Source of the DNA: Neoechinorhynchus agilis
Taxonomy: Eukaryota > Animalia > Acanthocephala
Direction of reading: 5' to 3'
Length of the DNA: 64,000 bases
Assembly (NCBI GenBank): GCA_051530055.1
Contig: CM121343.1
Span: forward strand, 590,389 to 654,388
The translations under genes were made by a program, and so were the position numbers. Within the stretch, counting starts at the first letter, position 1. Each line of letters starts with the position of its first letter. The notes beneath the pieces were generated by a model. The model did not search any database. It saw only the letters and a program-made list of their open reading frames with translations, and was not told where the DNA came from. Of the stretch, positions 45,249 to 59,722 are shown one piece after another.

Positions 45249-46399
45249 AACATAACTATCTCGTTTTTGTGCGAACAGATTGTATAATCCTGATCACACT
45301 AAATTTATCATGTTTGAGGCGCGTTTTGACAATTCGTCCATGAACGCAAAAGTTAATCAAATACAGATCATTAAAATGGATACATACGAACGGCTTTAAC
45401 TTTATGTTTCAAATCAATGCTCAGTTTTAGAGTCAACCAACTTATCTTGGTTTCCCGTGCGCTGTCGCGAAACTTTAACCGTGAAATATCGTGCTTAGTT
45501 GTAATTTTTGAGAAATTGGATGCTACCGCTTCCAACGGCGACATTCAGTAAAGTCAGTCGGATTATACAGATAAATTGTAATTACTATTGTCAAATCGCT
45601 GCTCATAAATGGATAATATTGTCCGAAAACCATCGTGTTAGAAAAGTAGCACCAACAATCGAGTGATAGACTCTTTTAAGAAATATTTAAAACGGACTCT
45701 GACTGCGTGGGGTCCGTATATTGGTACCACCGCAAAGTCAAATGGAAAGGATCAAAAGTCCGCTTCCCCTCACTTTCATCCATAATAACTGATGGTGATT
45801 GTTAATGCTTAATTTTCTGTATGTGGTCTTCGAAAAAACCAAATTGATTTTCGTATACAGTGTCTAAAAAATGCGTCTTTTAAAAGCTACTATTTATTCA
45901 AGCCTTCTTAGATCCATTCAAGGATGGAAACAGTGAATAGCAACACCCCTATGGATCTTCTTTGACCCTAAGAATAGCGCAAAACATAATTTCAATTGGA
46001 ATGAACGGAAATTCTGTGTAATTATTTAAAAACTGTCCATGGATCAATTTACTACAAGGCTTATTGGTGATTATTAATTTTTAACTGTGTGCATAAGGCA
46101 ACGCTTGAGAACTTGTAATATTAATCCCTTTTTTATTGAACAAAGCAGAAGAACCATGTACTTTTGGGTCCTTGTGCACATTCGAACCAAATCACTGTTA
46201 ATTTTGAAGTGGACGACGTGTCCGGTCGGGTGGGAAGGTTGATCGCAGGGGAGTTTGTAAAGTTGGTCTATCCTCCCAATCATTTCAGGTTATAATATCC
46301 GAAAAGATTGGGCAGCATGGAAAAAGGAGCGTAGATTTAGGGATGTTCGAAGTATAGGAGGATGAAACGAATTAGGATTACGAGTGTTGTGCTCGTTTT

Positions 46400-47500
46400 A
46401 AAAGTGGATAAAAAGTGGTAAAAATTGTGGTGGTAGGGTTAAGATTGTTCGCTGAAAATATTTTAAAAATATTCGGCGAGAGAGGGAAAAGCAACTGTAC
46501 AAATTTTAAAGGCTTTCTTTGTGAAACGTTGCAAGGTGAAGGATTTGTGATTTGGACAAGTTGCAAGTTGAAGTAAAATTTCGAGAGAGGGGCGAGGGGA
46601 CTCCTAAATGGCGGAGGCGTTTGAGGAGGTAAATTTTAATGGTTTTACGCTCGAGGAAAAGTGCAATGTGGGAGTCCCATTTCAGATTTGATTGAAATCG
46701 TAGACCCAGAATTTTGAGCGAGGTGACTCGTTAGATGTCATTTGGCAGATCGAGGTACGTTATGGGTATACGGGAGATTGAAGGGATCATTTCGAAGCAT
46801 TTAGAGATGTTCAGGTAGAGTTTGTGATTGGTGCAGAAATCTTTGATGTGGATAATTTCGTTAGATATTAAAGAAGCGGGGGTGATTTAGTGATGAGTCT
46901 TTGATCGCCGGCATATAAGAAAAGCTTAGAATGAGACGAGCGAGGTTTAAGTTCGTTCAAGAAAATATTAAAAAGATGTGGTGACAGGAAGGTACCTCGA
47001 GGAACGCATTTGGTTATCGAGGAGGTAGCCCGGCAATGAATGTTTTGTTGGCGATTGTAAAGATAAGAGGCTAGCCAGTGGATCTGCCAAGCGTTTAGAC
47101 CGAAATCGGAATAGGCCTGAAGGAGTAATGAATGGTCTACGAAATAGATGCTTTCGATCTGACCAGTTGCGTGAGATGGATGCAAAGTGGGGCATTCGTT
47201 ACCGAAAATTTGGGCCGGAAAACTAATTGTAGGGCGATAATTTGTCGTGATATTTTTTGAAAGAGTGGGCGATTCTGTGGAAATCGAATGTCTATTTTTG
47301 GGTAGAAGAATTACTTTAACAGTTTTCAGGCACGAGGCATGGATGCCACATAAAAAGCTGTCATTTATAATAAGGGTTCAAATTTGAATCAGGGCCGAGA
47401 TCCTCATTGATGGATGCTTGGGCATGTTTCAGTTCACAAGAGGACAAATTTGGAAAGGGATCAGAGTTGCGTAGACCAAGAGAGAGTTCTGGACAACCAA
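46400..47500 (-). pseudogene. Decayed LINE (CR1/L2/Jockey-like) reverse transcriptase
   Basis: WLASYL.NRQQ, VPRGT.LSP.LFNIFLN, LYAGD (decayed YADD). Confidence 0.75.
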
Positions 47501-48402
47501 CCACCATGTTAAGTTGCCGCCCGAATGAATTTTAGAGGAAAGCAAGTTTTTGCGAGCAACAAGTATTTTTTGTGAGATGGTATATTGTGAGAAAAGATGA
47601 AAAATTAATTAAAGAACGAGATGATTTAATGCGAAGTTGTTTGGCGTTTCGTCGTATTTTTTATTTACACTTTTTTTGGCAAAGGATTGAATTTAGTTAA
47701 ATTTACAAGTTTTGGAAGATAATGTTCTGTGGAGCCGCCTTTTTCCTCACGCTGGCGATTGTTTTTTGTTGAGAGGAAATAAAGAAAAATAATTTAATAT
47801 TTCATTCTCTACGTGGGACTTCTTCAGAATCTATAGAAAAGGTAGGATGGGAGCCTCAATTTGGTTAATAATCGGGCTTGTTGTTGCCAAACTTGTCTGA
47901 TTAAATCATTTTCTTTATCTCACCGGACCAAAAACTCGCATTTTTTTAAAACGGGGCGATTTTATCACATTTTGTCTGAAAAGTTCCATAAAGGTTCGAT
48001 TTCTTTATTTTGACAACCTTTCATTTAGAATAACGGATTTATGAAATTATCATAATTTATAGGAGCGACTCCAAGATAAAGAGGTCCGATCATGGGTCAG
48101 AATAGGGTGAAGGGAAATGAAAATCAAATAATAGAAATGATGATTGAGGGCACAACTCCGATTTACCACAACGAGCTAAAAGCGCTATACTTAAGTTTCC
48201 TTTTGATGAAAATTTGAAATGTTTTTACACTAACTTTTAATAAAGAAAAATGCATGGAATCCATAACTTTGGACTTCAAATTTCTTTGATTACTTTCCTA
48301 TAGCGCGAATTGCGCAGAAATTTTAATCTCCACATTTTCTTGCGCTCAAAAGTGAGAGGTTATTTTTAAAAACACAACTTCGCCATTCGTTTTGTTACAC
48401 GT

Positions 48403-48765
48403 TCAATTGAGGCCATAAGCAAATAAATGGACTATACATCGAAACGGGCTTTGGCGTACCATTACAGTAAGGGTCCAATCGGCAGAAGCAAGAAAAGAAA
48501 CGCTGTTTGCAATATCTAATTGATCACAATCACGGTCAAGTTCCACGATTACGCAATATTTAAAAGGCCATCGCAAATTAATCATCGCCTGCAAAATCGA
48601 TTCGGAAATCGCTGATATGTCTTCTGTTGAATCATCGGGATCACATTGAAGTCGAGATATATGAGAGTGCATCAAAAGAGATAAATCCTGGTGCAATTGT
48701 CTCAAAAACGAACTATTTAAATTCACCATTTGAAAGCGAATTTCGACATTTTGCATCATGTACAA
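48403..48765 (-). CDS. Tctex1-domain (dynein light chain-like) protein
   Basis: ISESIL..M..L..PFKY.V.V ... D ... F.C.V..FA pattern. Confidence 0.6.
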   Translation of the reverse strand: MYMMQNVEIRFQMVNLNSSFLRQLHQDLSLLMHSHISRLQCDPDDSTEDISAISESILQAMINLRWPFKYCVIVELDRDCDQLDIANSVSFLASADWTLTVMVRQSPFRCIVHLFAYGLN

Positions 48766-49554
48766 ATTAGAAATAATTTAAACTTAAAATTGTTACTATA
48801 ACAACTGTTGATGTGGCTTAGAAGATATTTCGTGGTTTTGAATTTGAACTCACGTTTGTAAAGTGCATAACCAACAAAATAATCTGAACTCTAAGACAAC
48901 CTCTATGTTGAGGAAGTAAAACTATAATTGTCTTAGCAAAATCGACGACTTCCTTTCCTAATTTTCAACGACTTCGTCTATAAAGCTTTTAGTAAAACAT
49001 GAACTGTACGAAAGGGGCTTAAGATCAAAAAATCCACTTTTTACGTCTATTTTTTAATTGGATAATTCTCTATTTTCATGTCGAATTGAAAGGTGCGAAG
49101 TAGTAGGTTCACAATAGTGCCGAAAGTACGAATCCCTTATTCTTGATATAAAAATGTTTAAGAGCCAAAATAATGATCATATATCGGATGCGCCGAAAAT
49201 GAAGAATCACGGAATAGAATGGGACATGTATTTATAAAGCGTTTTTCAAGGAAATGGAATATACAAGAGAAAATGTTATAAGAACGGGCTATCTTCGGCT
49301 ATTAGACAAAACGATTTGGTAGGCGAATCCATAGCGTCACTTATTTAATGCGAGGTTCGTAGCTTTGTTCCACGACTGCGAAGTAAGAAAATTTGAAGAA
49401 TCGATTGTCTGATTGGGTGATAATTTAGAAAGGTAATTGCTAGTGGACTATACGATAGAACGAAACGATTAATCATAAGTTACATTATTTTTGAACAAGT
49501 AAATTTGTGCACAAGCAAGAGAAAGAATATGTCTGAGGACATATCTTTCGACTT

Positions 49555-52500
49555 TTATAAACAATTGTCATACTTTCCGTCAGATTCATAATCCTTTTCT
49601 GTTTCATCCTCATCGATGGTAGGAAAAGGAGCAGGTGGATTATTAACCTTATCATCCACGCCAACGACGCTGACGCATGCTTTATGATGTGATCCTCGGT
49701 TCGGTAGTGGTGATGGATCCACTTCCGGACTTTGATCAGATAACCGCTGGTCGGACACATGCGATCCCATCCATGATTCTAGAGCACTATCTAGTGAATT
49801 TGCATTATCCTGCTGATCACCGATCATCTTCAGTTTCGCCATTGCTAAAATTATAGAGTACATACGGTTAATATTTTCAAACTCCACTCAGTGGCTACAC
49901 ACATAACTGATTGGTAAGTGGTCGAAATATCTTTAAGGTGACAGGGTCCTGCCCTCCTTGTAAAAGTTTCAAGGCTTCATTAAGTCCTTTTCCCCTAAGA
50001 GATATTCCATTAATTGCAAGAATTCTATCTCCAATGTGAATGGCATTCGTCCTATAATCATAACGCATACGAGGAAATCAAAGACTAGAAAATACTGACC
50101 TATCAACCAATCCACCACTTGACAATCCCGATACAACGACGGGATCAAAAGGTTCATCAGGCGCTGAAATGGTTATACCAAGTGGTCCACCCTGCCTTTG
50201 AATTTCAACCGTATACGTCACTCCCTGATCATTAAGATTGTCATCTATAATAAGGTATTTTTCGTATTGATTTCTCCACACAATCATTAGAATACCAGCA
50301 AAATATTCGTCCTTTCTAAGCTTCAGTCGCACAATCTCGCCGCAGCCGATGCTGGTTAATATATTGTGAATTTCACTGACCGGCATACCAAGCACTGAAT
50401 GTTGATCAATTGCTAATAATCGATCACCGAGGTTGATCATTCCGCTCCTGATCGTGGATTAGTGTTCGCTTAAAAAAGAGAGGCAATTATACCTATGAGC
50501 AATACTTCCTTTCCTGACATCCGCAATCATTGGTGCTTCATCTGCCTGAGCGTTCTTAGGATCTAATTATTGGGTTCACGTATCTCTCTTTACCAATTTC
50601 CAATCAATACCTACATATCATATTTAGACCGAGGTCGGAAGCCTTCTTTATTAATTTAACTTGGAAGACGCCTGATGATAAAGAAACGGACTCTACAAAC
50701 GTGAACAGCTCATGGGACGACTCACATCAGTAGCCGGAACTCACCTGCAACATCGAACTCAATTTCCAGGTTCATACGGGAACCTGATTCTTTTATGATT
50801 GATCGTGCATTGTCCAGACTTAAACCGCCAAGTCGTTGCCCGTTCACAGCGGTTACGCGATCACCAGCTTGAATAGAACAGCATCTTCTCAATGGATTTG
50901 ACTTTTAACTTTACAATAACAATAAATGAGCGTAAAAATCTACACATTCCACAGTCACACGACCACTAGAGGTCTATCGTTTGTTCTAGATCTTACTAAG
51001 CCGATTGGAGAAACTCAGCGTAGCTTTAAAAAGTTGAAACCATATACATATTCTAAAGGCACAATTGAAAAGAATAAAATTGATTCTAAACATTTTACAT
51101 ATTAGTAAATATTATAGCAGAAAATCACTATATTGTAAGGCATTAGCTGCCGCGCAGCTCGTAGTCTTGATATTCGAGAATTTGTTAAATTCTAAATAGG
51201 TCATTCTATTGTAAGGCATTTGTTGCAGAGATGAATAAAGGAATAGATCGAAATTATGAGTTTTGGCAAAAATCGAAAATTTTACGGCGATGCAGTCAAA
51301 AAAATTCAACACTACAACTTAGTATTAATCTTTTTTTGCGATCACTAAAAAGCATTAGTATTAAAAGGGTTGTATATTTAAACTTCACGAGGAAGGGGGA
51401 ATCTGACAAATCGGATCAACAATGGTTAACCACCATATTTAATAAAGGGAATCCCAACAAAATTGAATAAAAAGTCGACTAACTAAAGTAGTGTGTGTTA
51501 AATTTAAAGCGAACAACAATTATATTAAAAGAGTGTTTTTCAAACGGGAACCAAAAATCGGTTAGTATTAATCTTTTTTTGAGATCACTAAAAAGCATTA
51601 GTATTAAAAGGGTTGTATATTTAAACTTCACGAGGAAGGGGGAATCTGACAAATCGGATCAACAATGGTTAACCACCATATTTAATAAAGGGAATCCCAA
51701 CAAAATTGAATAAAGTCGACTAACTAAAGTAGTGTGTGTTAAATTTAAAGCGAACAACAATTATATTAAAAGAGTGTTTTTCAAACGGGAACCAAAAATC
51801 GGTTAGTATTAATCTTTTTTTGAGATCACTAAAAAGCATTAGTATTAAAAGGGTTGTATATTTAAACTTCACGAGGAAGGGGGAATCTGACAAATCGGAT
51901 CAACAATGGTTAACCACCATATTTAATAAAGGGAATCCCAACAAAATTGAATAAAAAGTCGACTAACTAAAGTAGTGTGTGTTAAATTTAAAGCGAACAA
52001 CAATTATATTAAAAGAGTGTTTTCAAATGGGAACCATAAGTCGGTTCATACAAATTCGATGGTCAATGATATGAGTGCGCAATGTCGGTTTTTTTGACGC
52101 TCACAAAGCAAAGTTGAACTTACGATGCGGCAGGTCCATCGGGATCCACATATCCGACGATAGGTGCGCTAGTCAGAGCACCAGTCAATGGACATGAGCC
52201 TTGTAAAGTAAATCCGAAGTTTCCGGTGTTGTCGACTTGCAAACATATATTTGCAGTTTCGGTGTGGCATATTTGGGTGTTTAAAATCAGCGATTGAGGA
52301 GTAACGGCATAAGGCGATGCTAGGACAACAGAAGGTCTGAAACAAACCACTTTCGTGCAAATTATAGGCAGGGTACGTGAAGCGGAAAGGATTATTATAT
52401 CAGTGTATAAGATATTTAGAGAGAGAGCAACTCACTGAAACGCATGCTTCATGCATCACGACCGAGCACAGTGAGTGTTGTAACGGGGTTCATTACCAAA

Positions 52501-54637
52501 GCATATCGGATAAGGGGAGAAAGAGGGGAAATGCGCACTGATGAGCATACCTATAGCGTCGAGGGATCTCAATCGCATAGCCGATCTCATCTTGAACGAT
52601 GTTGAAGAGTATCGTATTAGACCGGGTGTTAGGTCGAACATCGATCTCGCTAGTTTGGGACAACCTAAGGGACGCAATTTTGTTTTGGCCAAAAACGAAC
52701 ACTACTAGAAAGTGTGCGTGTGTGTGTGTGTGAATGAGATCATCCCCATTTTCAGTATTGGCGAGGAAACCGGTGGAAAAGGAGCATGCTGTGCTGCTCT
52801 CAATGAGTGAATGTGAGTGGTGCTGGTCGTGGTGTGCGTGAGCGATTAACAGCAATAGCGGCTGGCTTACCTGAGCGGATCAGTGAATGCGTTTTCGATC
52901 CACTATGTGGAACCATTAGGTGACTTCCCAAATGAACACCCGCGCCTTTATCAAAAGCAAAGAGTTTTAGATGCGGAATTGAACACTTACTATCTCTGAC
53001 CGTTTTGATGGCACTGTTACAATAGGCATGTAATACTTGCGACTGCGGTGCTTGTGTTGGGAAATGCCTCTGATCAGAAAGAGCACTCCGTCGTGCCAAA
53101 TTCGCATTTATCGGAAGAGATGCAACTTCTAATTTCACATTCTCAGATAATGTTGCGATTCGAAGTAGCCTCCTCGCTTCCTTAATAGAATTGTTGCCTT
53201 CCAGTAACTGATTACCAATCGATAGCAATATATCTCCCACACGAATCGCACCACACCTATTCAATGCGTATGTGTTGTTGTTTTTGTGTGTGTAGTGAAA
53301 TCAACAAATCGCCTGAAAGCAAACCTATCAGCAATACTGGCAGGTTTTACATAGTCGATCACAACAACGGATCTACTATTAATCCACCTTTGAACAACGC
53401 AAATCCCAATGGCCACATTGGCGGCTTTTTCGATCTCGACCAGCAAGGCAGCGCCAGTTGCCGAGCAGCTTATGGATTCTGGAAAAGAGCAAGCAAGGAA
53501 AATTTTATTGGTTAGCAATATGAAAATCACCTAGGAGCATAAGACATACCTACGTCATATTCGATCAATAATCTGACGGATATTGCGCCCAGCATTATGG
53601 TGTATAATTCGTCCGCGTCCATTACACTGATCCCATTAGCGGCAATGACCCGATCGCCCGTTTTTATTGAACCCTCCCTTAAAAAGTGAGGTGAGTACGA
53701 GAAAACTAGTTGATTTCCTCCTTGGTTTGGGAACTCACATATCAGCAGGGCCGTTTGGCCGCACACTCGTGACATATACCCTCCGGCTTGTTGTAGCAGT
53801 AGCTGTTGAATTGGACGATTTGGCATCATTTTGAAAGAAGATTGCATTGCGCGCCACAAATCCGAATCCGGCATCATTTTGTTCCCTCGATAGGTATACT
53901 TCCAGTGTTTTTACAGTTTCCTGACCGTTCAATGCTGTTACGGACGGAGAGGCATGATCCATAATTGGCGTGATCATCATCTTACTACAAATGGGATAAT
54001 CGTATTCGACCTCGACCGTAAGAGGTACATTTATTTGCGTATATTTGATCATTTCCCCGATTTCATCATGACTTAACTCAGATTTACCATTGATCGAGAC
54101 GATCACATCGTTCACCTCAAGACAATCACACCTTAGAAAAAGTGTTTAAAAGCCCCGATGAAAGTCACACCTCTCGCTCTCTACCTTTCCGCTATCGAAT
54201 TGGGTTTCAAGTGCAGAATCCTTGTTTTTCCATCCCTGCTACCTTTGAGAGCGATTTATGAGATGTTGTGACAAGCACTCCATCACTCAAGACGCACCTG
54301 ATAGCGTCAGTCCAATCAGCGATTCTGCATCTCTTCGCATCAGTTGAACACTTGTTCTGCCTTTCTGCTGATAATGTTGTTGTTGTTGTTCTACGAAGGG
54401 TTTTTTCTTTGAGTACTAGACGATGGTTTCCAACACGAACGTACGTTGTTTCATGGACGCCGAGCGCCGTTTGCCCCCTCCTGCTCCTACCCACTTATGG
54501 CACAACATGACCTGTCGAAGGCCACTCAAAGCACTCGTCGTCGTCGCCGGCGCCGCCGCATGATTGATAGGAGGAGAAGAAGCTGTGGGCATATCGGTCT
54601 TCGTTACGGTATCATGTACATTCTGAAAAAAAGACAT
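49555..54637 (-). CDS. GRIP1: GRIP-like multi-PDZ scaffold protein (multi-exon; exact ends uncertain)
   Basis: PDZ1 VQLMRR....[70 protein letters not shown]. Confidence 0.8.
51321..52045. repeat. Three tandem ~242-bp copies inside a GRIP intron
   Basis: AGTATTAATCTTTTTTTG at 51321, 51564 and 51805. Confidence 0.95.
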
Positions 54638-56684
54638 GATTTAAGTGTCGGTGAATGAACAATTACTCTACTAGTCTGCCGCTCATTCGTTGCCGCCTCC
54701 CCTCGACTCTATATCTACCGTTTTATCTGCACACTAACAACAAATGCGCCACCACCACCACCACCGCCACCACCACTACGTTCGATGGCGGTGGAGACGG
54801 CCGTGTTCGTTTGGCGTGGCACTGGTTGCTAAGTGCTTCGTCTTCTTCTTTTCTATACAATCAAACATGTCTCCAAGAGAGAAGCCGCGGGGAGGAGGGG
54901 CAACACTCTCGGGGGGAGGGAGGGAAGAGGGGTTTGGGCTAGGCGTACACAGTGTGTGTGTGTGTGCACTTGTTAGATGGTACTTGTAAGCCGATACGCA
55001 GACGATTTCCAAGGAGAGTTTGAACGCGCATGAACCGAGACTGAAATCCTTCTGCTTTGTCAAGAAGCGTGTGCATTTCGCCTTCTAATGCTACATCTCC
55101 TCCTCCTCCTCCTCTTCCAAGCACAACGAGCGACACTTGCTCTCTCTCTCTCAATTGTCGTAGAATGCTCTTCGTATTGTGCGCCGTGGCACTCATCTTC
55201 CTCAAAATCCTGGCGCTTCCTCGGTATCAGTAAGTTCTTCTTTGTGTGTACATTCGACGTCCGAGAGGGAGATTATTGACAAAAAACCTACGGATCTGAG
55301 CCTCACTTCTAGAGCGACAGAACGTAAAGTTGAACCTGAAAGAGGAAAGGTGAATGACACGACGAGAGTTAAGTCGTGTTTTTTTAGGAAAACGTATCGC
55401 TACCACCGAGGGTCTTCTCCTCACCGTTGTGTATGCGCGTGTGTCGTTTGCCAGAATGGGCGGCCAAATATATAAATTGTAGAGGCGAGGAAGAGCACTT
55501 TGTGTGTGCTCCAGTAGTGTGAAGAAATCACTTAGATGGCAATATACGACGAAGAAATTCTTCAAAACGACATGACCAACCGGGAGGTTCGCGCTTCATG
55601 CGCAACACCTTATGCAACATCCTTAGCTGAATGGAGAACCGCACACACACACACGAATACTTTTTGTCAATCCTCCGGGTCGTCGTCGCTTGATCGATAT
55701 AAAAAGGTCAACTCCAATGTTATTCGAGAAACGATCTTGTAGACGTTAAATACTTTTCAAAAGCAAGGAACCAGGATTATGCTAAAGACTTTTACATAAT
55801 ACACTGCGCGCATTTCTCCATCGAATAAAGAAGCCTTGGTTAACCACACAAACCTTCATCACTCACTCACATTTCCGTATTTTCAAATCACTCACAGACT
55901 ATATTGGCAACGGCGTTCAACAACAAACCACCAGCGTACGCACCTACCACCACGACTAGTTCTCCAGCAACAGCACTCAGTCATTTCCCCAGCAGCTTCG
56001 ATTATAAGCGCATAAAGTTGGCTAACTGTAGATCAGCTATTGTTTATTTATCCTTTGCGAGAGACAAGGATGATTTATTTGGCAACCACACACAAAACCA
56101 CTAACAATTCATAACGAAATCGAGGCGACTTTCCGCAACTAGTCCAAAAACGCAAATTTAGATAAACGTGCAAAATACCTGAAAATAAGCCAAGATTGCT
56201 CAAATAATCGCAAAACACACACCACTCCGCAATCGACGACCCACAAATTACACTTAAAAAAACGCGAACTGTTTCAAAACAACGGCGCAATTCTACTTTC
56301 TTTACAATCTAAACTAGTTCATTTCCTTTCACATTATCTTGTACTTTAATAAGTCTCAAGTATGAGTGACAGATTGTAGATAATTGTCAGAGTCTCCATT
56401 TTCATTCTATCCAACAAAAGATGTCCGAATTATCAGTACCCAATATAATTCCCAGCCAGTGTATATATAAACGAAAATCGCGGATAAAAGAAATGAAACT
56501 TCGGTATGTATCGGAAGGGAATGCAAAAATTAAAAACCAATATACTTTTATTGCATATAAAATGCTACCTATTACGCAGTCAAATTATTATTGTTATTGT
56601 TGCACCAATAACTTGATTCGTATTGATCTCGATTTAGTTTTTGTGGTTCTATTGGAGACAAATGAGACTTTGTAAAGATGTTCA

Positions 56685-56793
56685 TTTACTTTTTTTTAAA
56701 GCGAATTATAATATTTGATAATTTTTGGCTCTCGCGTAGGCCTTCTGCAAAATAGATAAATCAAATATTATAATTCGCTATAAAAAAAGTAAA
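56685..56793. repeat. ~35-bp inverted repeat (MITE-like hairpin)
   Basis: AGCGAATTATAATATTTGAT / ATCAAATATTATAATTCGCT with flanking T/A arms. Confidence 0.7.
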
Positions 56794-57504
56794 AATACGA
56801 GATCCTTTATAGTCCGTGTCCTGATTCCAAAATCATACAATATTTAAAGGCGTATTGAAATTATAATTTTATATATTTAAGATACGCCACACTAAAATAA
56901 TACAAGTATTTCTGACTGTCTGTGAAAATTAATTGAATCTAAAGTTTCTAAAAAGTATTTATTGCGACCAATTATGAAAAGCAAGAATAAAATTGGTGAT
57001 TAAGAAACGTTAAAAACCCACAGAATTTTGTTCAATGCGTATAAACTCTTAAGCCGAGCGGAAACATACTATTAGGTTTGAAATATTATCTAAAAATTGT
57101 AGACTTAACATGAAATCAAAAAGCTCTTCCAAGTAAAACTCCAAAAAGCAAATCTGAAGTTTTAGTTTCATATTCAAAAAACCGGTGATTTCATCCCAAA
57201 CTGGTTGTTTTGGCTCGTTTATAAAAATTTATTTTCGGTATTCGTATACAGAAAATGCACAAAAAACGTGAAGAAAACTCTTCAGTTTACATTAGGATAT
57301 TTCTACATAAAACGAATACCTTCGCATTATTAGAAAACCTGATCAAACGGAAACCAGCAAGTTACAAAAGCAATCGAAGTCATTTCAGATTAGAATTATG
57401 GTTCTAAATTAAAGAAATTGAAGATATTCGCGAAATCAAAATCTTAAGGAAAAGGGCGAATTAAAACGAAAAAGTATTTTTTGACAGATATAGCACAACC
57501 CCCA

Positions 57505-58545
57505 CCAGATTTCAATTTACTAATTTAAAAACCGATATTCCACGTCGGATAATTCCGGCATTTCTCCAAGGTTTGTCATTATTTGTAAAGGAAATTACAA
57601 GTTCAAACCATGACAATCCTTGGAGAAATGTCGGAAATAAATTAGTCACTGTCGTTTAAATTACTATTTTCCCAAAATAAATGATTTCTTTTATACGTTG
57701 ACTGTATTTTCAACATGAAAATTATTGTTATCGAAAACGATATTGATTTTCCTTAGCTGAAACATTTAAAATGATTGTTTTAAAGAAATCGATTTCTGTC
57801 GATCCCGAGAAATACAAAAAGTATTATGCCTATCTTTTTTATCGCAAACTGCTTTTAATTTCTACCTTCAGTAAATCTTATCCGTCTAAATGAACTTTTA
57901 ATCATTACAATAAAAACGTTTGGCGTTATTTGCCCAAATGAATTTTATCGGCCGAAAAGATATTTCCTTTTGGTAGTTATACCACCTCCCCTTGGAGATT
58001 TGAATTGACTAATTTAAAAACCGATATTCCACGTCGGATAATTCCGGCATTTCTCCAAGGTTTGTCATTATTTGTAAAGGAAATTACAAGTTCAAACCAT
58101 GACAATCCTTGGAGAAATGTCGGAAATAAATTAGTCACTGTCGTTTAAATTACTATTTTCCCAAAATAAATGATTTCTTTTATACGTTGACTGTATTTTC
58201 AACATGAAAATTATTGTTATCGAAAACGATATTGATTTTCCTTAGCTGAAACATTTAAAATGATTGTTTTAAAGAAATCGATTTCTGTCGATCCCGAGAA
58301 ATACAAAAAGTATTATGCCTATCTTTTTTATCGCAAACTGCTTTTAATTTCTACCTTCAGTAAATCTTATCCGTCTAAATGAACTTTTAATCATTACAAT
58401 AAAAACGTTTGGCGTTATTTGCCCAAATGAATTTTATCGGCCGAAAAGATATTTCCTTTTGGTAGTTATACCACCTCCCCTTACAGATTTGAATTGACTA
58501 ATTTAAAAACCGATATTCCACGTCGGATAATTCCGGCATTTATCT
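57505..58545. repeat. 489-bp tandem duplication (2.1 copies) containing a ~27-bp hairpin
   Basis: CCGATATTCC at 57532, 58021 and 58510; TTCCGGCATTTCTCCAAGG / CCTTGGAGAAATGTCGGAA. Confidence 0.93.
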
Positions 58546-59722
58546 GCCAAAAAATAAAGTTTCCTAAAGAAAATGGACGAATAATTGGCAAATGAAAATA
58601 ACGGGAGAATAAAAAAGATTTGTGGATCCGACGCAAAATAACCTTCAGTGGATCAAATTTTTACTCGCTATTTAAACCAATCACAGTGCAAAGTTCACGG
58701 TCAAAATCAACGTACCGAATGGGTTCACTGCGAATTAAAAGTTCAATTGGAAAGAAAATCCTGACAGCTATTGGAGGAAAATTCTTTCGATTAAAAACCG
58801 TGTCTTCACTTAGATCGTTGGACAGTGATAAGTTCAAAATTAATAAAAAAAAGGGACTTTTAAATATCTTTGATATATAGGTCAGTTCAGAATAGGGAAT
58901 TTTTTTATGATTTTAAAAACACTGAACGTTTTGAGCTTGTTTGAAGAATAAAAAAGATGGTATTTTAAGAAGCCGAGTTTGCATCTCCATTGAAATCGAC
59001 GAGTTGAAAGTGTGAGTTTTTTAAACTACGTACACTAAAAATCTGCTAAATGAATTATGTTAACTTTTAATTGATTCAATTCTACCAAAATAAAAAGCAC
59101 TCTTGTTGATTCTCAGCATTTTCAATGATGCTTCTGTATAAACAATTGTGGAAATTAGCGTTCTTTAAAGATAAATTACCTCAAAGTTAATTTTAGTATA
59201 ATGACGGCCATTATTTTAATGCCAGAATATTCCTAATCCCCATGAATGCTTTATAAAGAACCAATAATTGATGATCTACGAACAATCATCGTTCTTGATT
59301 GCAAATTTAACCTTCCATTTCAAAAACAGCAAAAAGATCATCAATATGCTCCATTGATTTATAGTGCCGAAAATATTAGCCAACAGGACACATATTGACT
59401 TCAATTTAAGTGATCAGAATCGTTCATTGGGCAATAGTCGTACAACCATACTCACAATTCTATGTAGATCGTTCAAATGTTCATTTTGATCAGGATGCAA
59501 ATTGCGGGGAAATCTTAACACGAGATTATTACGGGGTTGCCATAGCAACATCGCTGGCCCTCGAGATGGCTCCAAACCGAGTTATCTTTAATTCGGTTGG
59601 TTGCTGAAAGCATGATTTTTATGAAAAGTAGGGATTCGGGACAAGTGGATTAATTGTGCGATCGCGGATTTATGAACGCTCGATCAAAGTTCAAAATCAT
59701 TCGCAGCACAACTGTGTTTGTC

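Noticed and set aside
50665-50695. CTGATGA...GAAAC hammerhead motif
   Set aside because: No stem II or stem I; it lies in GRIP coding/intron sequence and is likely chance.
51231-51954. Three repeated 72-79 aa ORFs
   Set aside because: Products of an intronic 242-bp tandem repeat on the non-gene strand.
54650-56300. Short ORFs upstream of GRIP
   Set aside because: Low-complexity, microsatellite-rich sequence with no recognisable domain; probably UTR or regulatory DNA, although 54939-55205 could be an exon.
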